DNA from: Euprymna scolopes
Taxonomy: Eukaryota
Reading direction: 5' to 3' (one strand)
DNA: 64,000 bases
NCBI GenBank assembly: GCA_053919585.1
Contig: CM132792.1
A program made the translations under genes and the position numbers. Each line of letters opens with the position of its first letter. Position 1 is the stretch's first letter. Shown here piece by piece: positions 1 through 12,798 of this stretch. The notes below the pieces were generated by a model. The model did no database searches and had not been told where the DNA came from. It saw only the letters and a program-made list of their open reading frames with translations.

Positions 1-417
1 GCATCAGTTTAGGAGGGGGGGAGATTTTTATGGAATCCTGAACTGAGTCATACAAATATTCCAACAGTCTTTCCCAACCAGAGTCAAATCTGTTTCCATT
101 TTCTTTTGGAGCTTTACAGAGTTAAAATTGCAAGACTACAAATCAAAATTCCTTTTATGTAGACGCTCTCTTACAGATGTATATAAAAAAGATAGGGCTT
201 CTGCATTATTCCCAGTTTCTACTTGCCTACATAGAAATTGGACTTCAGTGCTTGCAAATGTTCATTCCAAGGGAATTTTGTGCATAAAACTTGTGTACAT
301 GATTTAAAATAAAAGGATTTAAAGTGAATCCAAATATAATGGTTTTGTACCAGTAACAATGCAAGGTTTTACCTTTCTTCAGGAAAAAAACCGATTACAA
401 TCTTTTTCATTGATAGT

Positions 418-3400
418 CCATTTATTTCGGGTTTGCAAAAGGGGTAAGTATTGGCCCTTCCACCGGTGCCAGAATGTCTGCGCCAAGTGTTGAACATTCC
501 TCCATTGTCACCGAGAAGCGTCCTTTATGTCAAAGCTGCCTAGAGGTGCAGGAACGGGTCCAGTCTTTTGGGTTAGGAGTATCGAAGGAGTCAAGGGGGC
601 TGGATGCTGTGGGTCTGAGGAAACTTGAATGAGAGGTCTGTTGTTGATAATTGCGGCCACTTCGGCTAAGAAGGTGGTGAGCACTTCATGTGTCAGTCTG
701 GTGCTTCCATGTTAGAGCAGCATGGAATCGAGGATTCTCTTGGCAATCCCTACCATTCTTTCCCACACTCCACCCTTGTGAGGTGCATGTGGAGGGTTGA
801 AGAGCCAGGAACAACCATGATCAGCGAGGTGTCTATTTACCGTGCTGGTATTCAGGTTGAATTCGATATCCAATTCTTTCCTAGCTCCGATGAAATTGGA
901 ACCTTGATCAGAACGGATGATCTTCACAGGACCCCGAATGGAAAAAAAAACGTCTGAGGGTATTTATCAAGCAAGAGGTATCCAGTGACTTCAAGTTTCA
1001 ATATGAACTGCTCTTGTTGACATGCACGTGAAGATCGCAGCCCACCTTTTGCTGTTGGCTAAGCCTCCCCTAGTTCGTCGAGACGTGATGAGCCAAGGCC
1101 CAAACACATCAAGTCCCACATTGGTAAAGGGGGTTTCAAAGGACAGGCGGTCCCTAGGTAGATCAGCCATCTTTTGAATTTGAGTAGGTTCGCAAAGCTT
1201 TCTACAAACTACACGGCAGTGTATAATCCTGCTTATGGGCTTCTTTCCGCCGACAATCCAGAAGCCGGCGGAACAGACTGCACCTTCTGTGAAGTGACGA
1301 CCTTGGTGGTGTATAAGCTGGTAGTGGTGCTTAATAAGCAAGACTGCTACATAGTGCTTTCCTGGAAAGATGAGGGGATGTATGTCGCTGTGATCCAGTG
1401 TGGCTTTACGGCTGCGGCCACCAACCCTGAGGAGACCTTCATTATCGATGAAGGGATCTAATTTGCGGAGTTGGCTGTTCTTGGGGAGCTCCTTGTTTTC
1501 AGGCAGGCAGGAGAATTCCAAGGCATAGATGTCTCTTTGGGCCGACTGGATGATTATATTAAACAGTTGCGCCAGTGCTTCTACTGGAAGTGGTCTTTTG
1601 CAGTAGTGCTAACCGTTACAGTCATCTGTGGTGTCGCTTATGTGGAACGACTGGGATATGTGGATCAAACGAGCGACTGCTTGTTTTACTGTTTTTCAAG
1701 TGGAGATCTTGTGAAGCGGTGGCCCTCGAGCCATACTGAAGAACAATGGGAGGCGAAAGCCGCTACCTTCGGCCGGATTTTAGTCACTTTCAGGATCCAC
1801 TAAGCAATGGGGTTTAGGTTCAGAACGGTTGAAGGTGGGCTTGGAAATGAATAGTGGTCCTTTAAGCCAAGCTGTGGTTGAAAGTTGGGTTGAAGGAATT
1901 GATCTAGTTCCGCTGTCGGCTGGGTTTCTATCTGTGGGCACATAGTGCCATTGTTCAGGCCGAGATGACTGACGGATGCGGCGCACTCAATTGCTGACAT
2001 ACACATAAAACCGACGCTGCTCGTTGCCGATATAGCCAAGGATCACTTTGCTGTCGGTGAAAAAGAAGGTGGAATTGATTTCCATGTCCAACTCTGAAAG
2101 GATTAGGTCGGCCAATTCCACTGCTAGGACGGCTGCACACAGTTCCAGTCTGGGTACTGATGTCCTTGATTGTGGTTCCAACTTGGTTTTACCCATAACA
2201 AAACCAACCTCACAGGAATCGTCGGAGTAGGTGACTCGCAGGTTATAGCCTTAGTTGACGCATCTGAGAAGACACACAACTGTCTGCATAGTGCTGTGGT
2301 TAGGGGTTTTGCGGTGTAAGTCCTTGGTATCTGAAGGTTGTGTAATTCTTGCAGGGGAATCGCGCCAGACAGTCCAAAGTTGTTCCTTCTGGGGGGGGGG
2401 TATCCCAATCAAAATCAGCAGATGTTAACTCCCCAAAATGAATTTGCCCTGGATAATGACTGGCGCCACAAGCCCAAGGGGGTCATAGAGGCTGTTAATG
2501 GTGGACAAAACACCTCTGCGTGTGTAGGGTTTCCTTTCTGGGGAAACATTGAAGGTGAAGCAGTCACTTATAGGGTCCCAATCGACCCCTAGACTGCGTT
2601 GGACAGGCAGCATATCCACATCAACATTCAAATCCCTGATGTCACTGGCGAGGTCCTAAGTGGGGAAGGCATCCAGAACCTCTTTGTGGTTGGAGGCTAT
2701 TTTGTGCAATTTCAAATTTGACTTAACGACTGTACGGGTTTTCCTCAGCAAGGAAATGGCATCCGCTGCAGTAGGCACTGATTTTAGTCCATCATCCACG
2801 TAAAAGTCTCTGCGCACAAATTGATTAACTGTAGGACTGCAATCGAGGTGTTCTCCAACCGACTTCCTGAGGCAGTATGTTGCCACTGTGGGTGAAGGAC
2901 TGTTGCCAAATACATGGACTTTCATCCTATACTCAATAACTTCTTTGTTGGGGTCATTATCCTTATGCCATAAGAACCGCAGAAAATTCCTGTGTTCCAC
3001 TGCTACAAGAAAACAGAAAAACATTTGCTCAATGTTGGCCATAAATGCCACCGCCTCCCTGCGAAAACGAACCAGTACTCCTATGAGGCTGTTGTTGAGA
3101 TCCGGTCTAGTTAGAAGAACATTGTTTAATGATACTCCGTGGTGTTGTGCACTGGAGTCAAAGACAACCCTTATTTTGTCTGGCTTTTTGGGATGGTAAA
3201 CGCCAAACATTGGCAAATACCATCTCTCCTCCTTGTCCTTGAGTGATGGAGCAATCTCAGCTTGATTGTTATCAAACATTCTCTGCATGAAAGAGTTGAA
3301 ATCTTTCTGGAGCTATGGTCTTTTCTTGAACTGCCGGGTCAAAGAGTTGAGATGACTCACTGCTTGCTGTCGGTTGTTAGGGAGTCGTGGCCAGGATGGT

Positions 3401-5735
3401 TTGAGTGGGAGAGGCGCCACCCAGCTGCCCTTGTCGTTCTTCCTTACTCCCTCTTCCATTAGATTGAGGAAGATTGTATCCTCTATGGAGTAGGCCAGTT
3501 GTTCATCTGCCTTGGTCAGCCGGAATACTGAGTTACCCAACTTAGTCTTGTGATGTTACTCCCTGGTTTGTTATGCGTTGGGGCAAGGCTCAAAGTTTGT
3601 TGGTCGGCTCCTTCCCTGGGTGTTGGTGAGGAAGGTGCTCACAGTATCAGGTTTGTGGGTGCGACCAAGGCACACATTGCCCACTATCACCCAACCCATG
3701 GCTAACTTCTGAGTGTAAGGTGCGTTGCGAGGGCCATTGACTTGGGAGTGGACCTTGTGCACGTCAATGATGTCGCGCCCCAGTAGCAGCAGGATAGAGG
3801 CTTCATGATCCAACTCCGGAATTTTCTTTGCCAGGAATCTTAAATGTTCGTGATGGCGCGCGGTTTCGGGTGTAGTAATTTCGGAACGGTTGTTGGGCAC
3901 CTCTGCACATTCAATGAGTGTAGGAAGAGGGAAACTGACACGTCCATCCAATGATTCAATTCGATATCCCTGAATTCTCCTTCCGACCATCTCCATGACA
4001 CCTGCACATGTTCTGAGTGAATAAGAAGAAGGTGGACCATGGATGTTGAATGTCGAAGAATTCAGGATGAGCAAGTGACTTATTGCTATGTTCGTCAATA
4101 ATGGCGTACATCCTTCGTCCTTCGTGTCTTTCTCCCTCAGGGTATACACGGACCAGACAAATCTTTGAACAGGATTTGGCGAACAAGTTATCACCACAAA
4201 CCTGTGTGCAGTGGGTTGTAACACTACTATTCTCCCCGCTGTGAGTTTGCATGGCTTCTGGCGTTGGAGCTTGTATATCGGGTTCAGGGTGAAGAGCGGC
4301 GTTGTGACTGTCACTTCCGCATTCAGAGCACCTCAGTTGGGATTGACAATTTCGATTGGTATGACCGGGAGAACAGCATCTGAAGCAATGGTTGTTTTGT
4401 CTTAGATAGGCCTGTCGTTCGGGAAAGGGTTTCTTTCTAAAAACCCGGCAGCTGCGAAGAGGGTGAGGCAGATTGTGGATGAGGCACATTTCCTTTACGC
4501 TCCTGGGTGCAACTTGAGTGTTATGTATGGAAATCTCTTTCCATGCTGAGGCTCCGAATCGGTCCATCTTCTCTGAAGACCAGGTGGTAGGCGTTAGACG
4601 AAAACTAGGGACGTTCTTGTCCTCTGCTTGTTGCTCGATAAATTTTGTGAACATGAAGAATGGGGAAAAAGGCACTTAGTGTCTTCGTTTGTAGGCAGTG
4701 CCATGGGAAGTCCTTTGGTCCTGCAGTGTGGGGGGAAGTTCGAGGAGGAGGTCGCTTAACTCCCTTAGCCGGAAGTAGTAGTCCCTGGTCACTCTTGGGA
4801 ACTTGTTCAGCCTTTCAAGGAGGGAGTCTTCTATGGCTTCAGGGGACCCATAGAACTTATCCAATTAACCAGCAGGTCCATTTCCTCACTTGCTGTCAAC
4901 CTCATGTCGAGGATGGAATTGCGGAAGGAGGTTCTCCACACCCTGTAATCTTTGGCTTTGTCCGAAAACTTCAGCATACTTGAATGGAGCAGCTCTCTCC
5001 TTACGAAGTACTACACCAACTGCCGAGAGTGGTCAGGAATATTTTCCGTGCTGCTTTCTGTATGTGGCTGTAGGTTTGCATGGGAGTTAACGAGGTTGCT
5101 CACATTTCTATACGATCCAGATGCTGAAACGGGAAGCTGTGTGGGTAGAGGAGTTTATGGAGGAGGTATAGCAGGAGTTTGCGCTGATTGCAAGTGGTTA
5201 TGTATCGTCAAACCAGCAACATACTCCCTCGTGTGCTGCATGGGGTCAGCAGGGGTCCGGTCGACGTGAAGAATGTCAGATCCTCATTCACTGTTGGAGA
5301 CATGCTCCTCGAAGGTCTGAATTGCAGCTTCTTTGATTACAATCTCCTTAGCAGCCTGTAGGGCCCTCTCTTCAGACTCCATTTTAACCCTAGCTTCTCG
5401 TAGTTGGTTTTCTCTTTCTACAAAGAGTAGACTGGCTTTAGCCATTTCGAGTTCAGCTCGAGCGACCAAAGCCTTTGAAGAAGCAGAGGAGACTCTGGAA
5501 TGCGCTTTGCTTGAGGTGGATTTTCCTGCCATAGCGTTGTGGTTGGGGTCTGGAGCTAAAATCAACAAAGAGTGGTTCGGTGCGAGACGAGTCTGCAAAT
5601 GAGAGCAGGTCTAGTAAGCGTAAACCAGAAGAGCAGTCGAATAGCGAAGCCTCAAAACTGGAACCACGTCAGCCAAGAGAAAAGACGGTCCTACTACATT
5701 CCTTTATGCCACGTGGAGACAATTGAGTTTTTTAC
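418..5735 (-). mobile_element. BEL/Pao LTR retrotransposon copy 1, internal gag-pro-RT-RH-IN region, frameshifted and 3'-truncated
   Basis: ORF fragments give Pao-type Zn knuckles (CLIHNLPHPLRSC, CFRCCSPGHTNRNC, CSECGSDSH), RT (KIRVVFDSSA, FYVDDGL), RNase H (FSDAS, PRLELCAA, FTDSK, NPAD) and integrase (HHQG..CRVVC, GLDVFGP, AVHIE, RSDQGSNF, GGVWERMV, FWHRWKGQYL). Domain order is BEL/Pao. Confidence 0.93.
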
Positions 5736-6171
5736 TGTGCTGCCCTCGGCAAAGTGCCTGTCGACACCTTGTTTCAGACAGCCAGTTAAACTCAAACCAA
5801 CCAAAAACAAAACAAACGCATTTTGTTGGGGGAAAGTACGAATATTTATTGATGATGAATTAGGTAAAAAACCCAGTTATGTTATCGGCATGAGGAGTGA
5901 GAAATCAACACATCCTTTCGTGCTGGCAAGCGAACTGAAAAGAACGCGGATTCGAAAGGCCCGCCAACAAGCGACTGAAGTCTCGTTGCGCTCTCGTTGA
6001 CAAGAATGGATAAAGAGAGTTATTTTTTTATAAAAATAACCAAAACAATACCTTAAGTTCCTTAAATAGAGATTTAGCGTGAAAGAAAGGAGAAAGAATA
6101 TTAAAAAAAAAGGGAAAGTTTAAGATAACGTCAAAGCAAACGAGAAGTCAAAGGTACGGTGACAAGTAACA
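5736..6171 (-). repeat. Probable 5' LTR of BEL copy 1
   Basis: Minus strand runs TGTTAC...GGGCAGCACA then GTAAAA. The same TTTTACTGTGCTGCCCTC junction occurs in BEL copy 2 at about 62795-62812. The outer boundary is inferred from a TG start. Confidence 0.6.
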
Positions 6172-9100
6172 AGATGTGGCATCCCCCAACAACGGATGTG
6201 GTGCCTCCCGGCCCCCCCGACACGGTCGCTACACCAGGAGCGTCCCCCATGGTGAAGAAGCAGAGGCCTGTTCCTGGTTGTTTTCATAACACTTCACGGT
6301 AAACAATATTCTTAGTATATGTTACACCATGCTTTCTGCCCTGATTATCATCTTTATGCTGTTACATTACCTTAAATTTCACACTGTGCTTAGATCGAGC
6401 TCTTGAACATGCCACATACAGTGTACCATGAGAAAATACAGGTTGTTGAACATATATACCAACCTTATCAAAAGTTTGGCCTTGTGCTTTATTGATGGTC
6501 AGTGAATATGCTAATCGTATTGAAAACTATCCGATGAAATGCAAACGGAACATTTGTATCACTTAGCTTTAACTTAATTCTTGGAATGATAACTGTGGAA
6601 CCTCTATTAGATCCATTAATTAAAATAGCAATGATGCTGTTTTGATGACATTCTTTTATTTTCATCCTAGTTCCATTACAAAGTCCTTGATTTATGGATA
6701 AATTTCACAGTAGCATTACTATTGCCCCTGTTTTCACATCAAGTCAGTGAGCATTCCAGACAGAGTTAATGAATTTATGAACTCGATAGGATAATTTTGA
6801 AGTTCAGCATCATCATTGGAGATGTAATCTGTACTTAAATATGTATTTATGCCTTCGGGAAGATTATTTAGAATTTCTTCATTTACTGTTAAACATTCTG
6901 TATTTTTGGAGTTATGATGATTCTATTTTCCATTTCTTGAGGGCTGCAATCAAATGTTTCTGAGATTAGAGAACCATTACATACCAAATCATCAGGAACA
7001 TCTATATCATCTACAGGAACGTCATTAAGACTGCTCATTAGTGTACTATTACCAAGATGAAGGAGCTATCTACAAAACTTGTGTTCATTTATGTTAGTTC
7101 TAACGTTTTGTGTTAGCTGTAATTGACTGAAATGATGCCCCAATGTGCAACTTTTAAGACAGGTGTCTATAATAGATGTAGGTGATCCATGTGGCACTAC
7201 TGGCAAAATTTGGCTGACGTCACCTCCAAGTATGAGAAATTTTCCACCAAATATTTTATCGTTACTCATATCTTGTAGACATCTATCTATAGCAAGCAGT
7301 GTATGATTAAGTATCATAAAAGCTTCGTCTATGATGAATACCTTTATCCTTCTCAAAAAAAGAAGCATGCTCTGATACAGGAGAAACGTTACAGACACTG
7401 GTTTCTGTCAGAGGTACAGGTAGTTTGAATATACTGTGGAGTGTTTTCTCTGAAGTTAGTAGCATAGCAGCAATGCCAGTCCATGCCGCAGTGGCGGTTA
7501 CAGTACTGCTGGAGGTGAAGTAATCATATAACATGTTGAATAACAAGGTTTTTCCTGATCCGGCTGGGGCATCTAAATAGAAGCAATTGTTGTTTTGGGC
7601 TTCTTTTTCAGTTGCCATGACAGCCTTGATGATAGTATTAAAGACCTCTAATTGTTCATTGTTTAGCAATTCAACATTAGACCGGTTTGTATTTCGAGTC
7701 ATATTATCTATTGAAGGATCACCTGTTGGTTCAGGTAAACTCATTGCCTGGCAAGAAGAACCATGCGCATTAAATATTGCTTTTATCAAATGAAGTGCAA
7801 TGTTTTCACATATACATTCATCATAAGCAGAAATGAGGTTTTCAATCATGCTCTGTTTATGGTTAATAAATAGTTGAAAGGCATCCACTGGATGATGATA
7901 GAGACAGCATTGCAAACATTCTACGTAGTTGTTGTGGCATTCTAAATGTAGCCGCTTCAGTAAGAACATTTTCTAATTCAGTATCATCTTGCAATAATCT
8001 AAGGCTGATGCAAGCTTCTCTAAATGTAGGGAATGTATGACTTTGGACTGTTCTCAAATCTTCAAATGACTTTGCTCCAAAGACATGAAGAAGCAGAATC
8101 CGTAGATAAAACTTTTCACCTTGGTTTGGTGAAACTGAATACATTCTTGTGATCAAATTACTTGACCGCTTTCTTTTAGTCCATTTTGTAGTAGTTTTGT
8201 TAAATACATAATGATGTGGAATATCACAGTAAAAATATTGGTTAGCAGTAATATCATTCTGATTTAGTTCAAACCAAGCAGTCAAATTTGTGTGACGTTG
8301 TGCTTGTTGAATTGCTTATTCAGCTTGATAATAAATCTGTTGCTATCCAGGCATGTGTACAGCTAAACAGTACACAACATGAGACTATCCATGCATTTTA
8401 TAGTCAGAAAGACGCCACATTGCTTCTGGAGGTGATACATATCTGCATGATAGATATTGCTTGACTTCATCTCTTTGTTCTGATCGCATTGTTTCTCCTT
8501 CATCGATATTAATAGATGAATCATGGTTATTAACCTCCATCATAGCACTATCATGTCCTTTATAAACATATTTAAATATGTATTTTATACTCTTGACTGA
8601 AGAGCAGATTTCTAAGTTAATATGAGCTCCAAAAAAAAAAAGATATTTTCTCAGAAGAAATTTGTTGAAAGGGACTATGTATCTATTATCAACAGTAAAA
8701 TTATCGACTTGAACTGAGTAACCATTATTTGCACGTTTGTAAGCCAGGTATCCATCAATGTTTTCTACTGTTTCTTCTCTAAATGCCTTTGGAAATTTCT
8801 TTTTGCATAATCCTTTACTCATACAAGGAGAATTAGTATTAACTGCACCACATGGGCCATGTAGCATTCAAGATTTAACTAAATCACGAAGCTCTGGATC
8901 TTCAGGTCCAGGTATTTCTGCTGACACAATTGCATCAATTTGTTGAACTGTTCTGATCTTATCCTGATCTCGCAGCATTATGATCATGTGGCAGTGTGGT
9001 AACCCTCTTTTGAAATTCAATAACATAAACATATGCAACAGGAGTTCCCAATACATGTCTGTCTTTAATGCCTTTCAAAAGTTCAGTTAGATGTGCATGA

Positions 9101-9761
9101 TACACACGTGATATTAAGTCAGGTCGATTTTGTGCAAGTTCTGATGACCCCAAGTTGTTTAATATTTTAGGACATCTTGGATTACATGTATAGGTAAGGA
9201 ATAGGTCTGCCTTTCCATATTTACAGAAAACTGCCATTGCATCTTGATACAGTTGTTGAAGATTCCTAGGACTTCCTGTAAATGAAGATGGTAGAATAAC
9301 TGGTACACCAGGATCGCCATCTTCATTCCTTGCTAAATGATCCATTAAGCCAGAATATTGAGCAGCTCTTAGTTGACTTTGATGGCTTTTAATGAAGTTC
9401 AATCTGCACCCTTCAACTTTCACATATGCATCAACGACATATTGTTGGAATAGTTTACCAGATCTATGGATAATACTGAATGAATCTCTAATTGCAAGGC
9501 GATAACTGTAATACTCTTGCATTGTCACTTTATTGCGAACTCTTGTTTGCTGTTCTGGCCTATGTTGTATGTTTATGTGCCAGCCTTGTTCACCATTTGG
9601 AAATAATATAGGATATATCATGGGGTCCAAGTGGCAAGACAGATAAGAAATTCGGTGTTTTGCACAGAAACTATTAGAGTAGAAAGCTTTCTGGCGGTTA
9701 GGGACCTCAACAGTGAAGGGGTGAGATTTTGTTGCTAAGCGGGTTTGTCGGGCATATGTAC

Positions 9762-9796
9762 CACAGTGGGCCCAGATGGCCAATGTTTGGAAATAG
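9762..9796 (+). repeat. Transib 3' TIR (outer, second family member)
   Basis: CACAGTGGGCCCAGA is a perfect 15-bp inverse of 13543-13557, followed by tggccaatgttt and GGAAATAG. Confidence 0.85.
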
Positions 9797-10242
9797 AGGT
9801 GAAGCATCATCACAAATGACTTTTATAAGATTTTTTTCAAAACTTTTGAGGCATATGATCAACTTGGGTTCATTTTAATTAGATTTTAACTGATATTTGT
9901 CTCTGAAAACAGTTCTGGGACCAAATTGACCTATTTTGGCTGTGTCACAAAATGTCGCGAATCTACCGAAATTTACTAAATTCAGAGAAATATTGAAATA
10001 GGCATTATTTCAGTTTGGATTGAGATAGGAAAGTGGTTGAGGGCTTGTTAGAAGCGTATGGCCAAGGAGAACATAATGGAAGCAATTCATGTTGAGCTAA
10101 TATACCAGTTTATGTATTGGCTTTTATAAAGTAATGAATCTGTCTGAAATTGTGTATTTCTGTTGAAAATTGCACAGGTAACAATACAAACATTATGTGT
10201 ATTATTGAATTTTCTCAAAACCTCACATAAAGATAATATAAA

Positions 10243-10320
10243 TTAATCAAGAAAAATGTCTTCAATAAGGCTTGCATACCAGTTCTTGGACAAGCCAAAC
10301 AACCGATTATGTGAACATAT
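10243..10320 (-). pseudogene. Diverged second copy of the Transib transposase C-terminus
   Basis: Minus-strand translation ICSHNRLFGLSKNWYASLIEDIFLD* versus IRSHGRLVGLPKRWYASLVEDIFLD* at the end of the main ORF. Confidence 0.85.
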
Positions 10321-10322
10321 GG

Positions 10323-10357
10323 CACACTGGCCCCAGATCGCCAAACTTTGGAAATAG
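10323..10357 (+). repeat. Transib 3' TIR (inner)
   Basis: cacactggccccagatcgccaaactttggaaatag aligns without gaps to the 9762 TIR. Confidence 0.75.
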
Positions 10358-10647
10358 AGATTAGGCGAAGTCTTACTTTGATTTTTCTGGCATTTTCTCG
10401 TTTTTTTTTGTTTTTCAGTTTTATACCCAAGTACAGAGTAACTAAAGCATATTTTGACTTAGAGAAAGTGTATAAAAGGATACAGGAACCAAAAATGCTT
10501 TGATTTTGTCTAAATTCACGAAATTAGGAGAAATTATAAAATTGGAGTAGTTTCGTTGACTCAACCGAGATAATTCAGTTTGTGTTATGTTTCTCATTCC
10601 ATACTGGCAGATAAGAATATAAAATAAAACAACAAATAAATCACCAT

Positions 10648-12798
10648 CTAGTCAAGAAAAATGTCTTCAACGAGGCTTGCATACCACCGCTTCGGTAGAC
10701 CTACCAACCGACCATGCGACCGAATGGTGTGATCGTCAGCTCCACATTCCGTGCAAAATTTTCTTGCCTGATCTGATCGTTCCAGTAACCTGGCCATTAC
10801 ATCAGTTAATTGGAGCAGTGGGTCAGTTTTCCTCGACAAGAACTGCAAGTAGTTGCGAATGTCTTTGTTGTTCGACTCTAAGCATTCCTCTGACAGACTT
10901 CCCAGTCCATGAGCATCATTTAGACTCATCAATTCTGTTGAATGATGAAGAGTCCCATGCAAGGTGTGATTCATCATGACCCATGGGAAGTTGTCACACA
11001 AATTGTATGAAGTCTGCTCACAAAGTTCTTTGAACTTCATCAGATCGATCTTACGTGACGACGACACAACCGATAGAACAGTGGAGAGCTGACGATGAAG
11101 GAGAAGCAGGTTTTCTCAGTGTTTTTCATCAACTAATTTTTCGATTGAAGCTAGAACTTCCTCTGAAAAGAAGCGACGGCCTTGTGGACCATTGGTTGAT
11201 GTCCCACCTTTTCCACCAGCAGAGTTGACTCTATCAAGATACAGGCCTGTCTCTGTGTAGATCGCTTTGAGAACTCGATCCTTCGCTCGACGGACAGGTT
11301 CACCACGAACGTCGGACCTCTCAATCCACTGTTGGTAGTCAGCATGGCACCGATACAAAACCTTCAGGAACCACATTGTTCCATTGATGTACGAATGAGT
11401 CACAGTGATGCTTGATTGGTCAGATGTTGTGAGTGGCTTCTTGGTTAATCCTTGACGAGTCTCAAAATCTCCTTGTTTTGCTTTGACTTTACCATTCTCA
11501 TCAACTAGTTCATTGTACAGCTCGAGAGAATTCTTTGCCGATCTGTTAATGGGAAAGCCCTCTGCAACCTTGGTTCTGTCAGTCCAATCAGCCTGTTTTG
11601 TTGTGCATAGGATGCAATCAGCCCCTCCCAACCCTGAAATGTCCCTTTTGAATTTCAGATCCTTCATTGAATCGTGTACTATGACATTCACATCATATCC
11701 TTGACCATCAGCAGTAACAAAAATTCCATCTGAAGCCAACTCTTGGCGTGCTTTGTCTGTAGTGGGAACGACCATATTAAGAAGATCTTCATCGGTCTCT
11801 TTCTCCCTGATCAAGAATAGTGGTCTTAATGTTCTACAGTTGTTTGGCGAGTGATTCTGCCACAGACAAAAAGAAGAACCGTCCTGGTAACGAGCAAGTA
11901 GTTTCAGTGGTGTAATGCCATACTGGAACATATTTTCAGTTGCGTCCAGCATACTTGTAGAGTTCCACACTACTTGTTGACCAGCATCGTCACATCCATC
12001 TTTAAACACCATTTCAAGGACACCATCTCTGCATTTATCTTTTATGATTTTCTTAGGGATCAAGGATATGATGGACTCGATCGTCATTTTCACTAGGTCC
12101 TTGTACTGCACCTGAACTCCACTGTCATCAAGAACTGGGGAGATACTGGGGCGGAGCTTTTTACGTCCCTCCAACAACTCATTGCTGGTTGGAAAATAGA
12201 TTCCCTTCGCAGCAAGTATGTGCCTCATCTTTCTCATTTGCTCCCTACTCAACGTTAATGAATGCATCAATGCAATCGCTTCATTGATCTCAAAGGAATG
12301 AATATCGTTCACATTGGACGAAAATATCTCATACCCAACTCGAGCTGTCTTCTTTTCCGATTGAATATTCACACGATGAATCATATATCCTAGCAACTGA
12401 GTGACTGAAAGCTCAGGACATTCCTTTGCAGCGTATTCTTCAATGTAGTCGAGCAGACCCTGTGTTCTTTCCTTCTGCATTCTCTCCCCTAAGTTGACAA
12501 AACTCTTCCTTTGCTTCTTTCCAACTTGTGGACAGTTCCCTTCCATTTCGATTTCTTCTTTCGATGCTTGAGCAAGGATTTCGGTGTTTGCTAGGCGTTT
12601 CTTTTTCAATCGTTTGAAATGGTTCCATGCATTCAAGAAGAAGCCACTGATTTCTTTGTTTTCGTGAAAACCATGAGTTTCTCTGAATTGGCGAAAGCAT
12701 TTGGCATATTCAGGTGGTTTGGTACGGCATAATGCAGCCTGACTAATGATGGCTTCGAAGACCTGATATTCTGTGGTGAGAACATTGTTGCCTGCCAT
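10648..12798 (-). pseudogene. Transib/RAG1-core-like DDE transposase, about 716 codons with one in-frame TGA at 11116-11118
   Basis: ORFs 11116-12798 and 10648-11067 are in frame (DEKH*ENLLLLHRQLSTVLSVVSSSRKID). Motifs KDGCDDAG, RPLFLIREKE, SMKDLKF, CILC, HSYIN, STNGPQGRRFF, HGTLHH and GSLSEECLESNNK match the order of the RAG1/Transib core (D600, E662, D708, C727/C730, H795, H937/H942, E962 in mouse RAG1 numbering). Confidence 0.9.

Noticed and set aside
6172-6283. Helitron 3' terminus (hairpin + CTRR)
   Set aside because: GC-rich segment after the stop codon, but I could not place a convincing hairpin-CTAG end; left unassigned.
9762-9789. 12-RSS at the Transib 3' ends
   Set aside because: Sequences 12 nt after the heptamer (CAATGTTTG, CAAACTTTG) match the nonamer poorly.
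9797-10647. RAG2-like gene convergent with the RAG1-like ORF
   Set aside because: Only about 850 bp, AT-rich, no plus-strand ORF, and explained by two Transib 3' UTRs.
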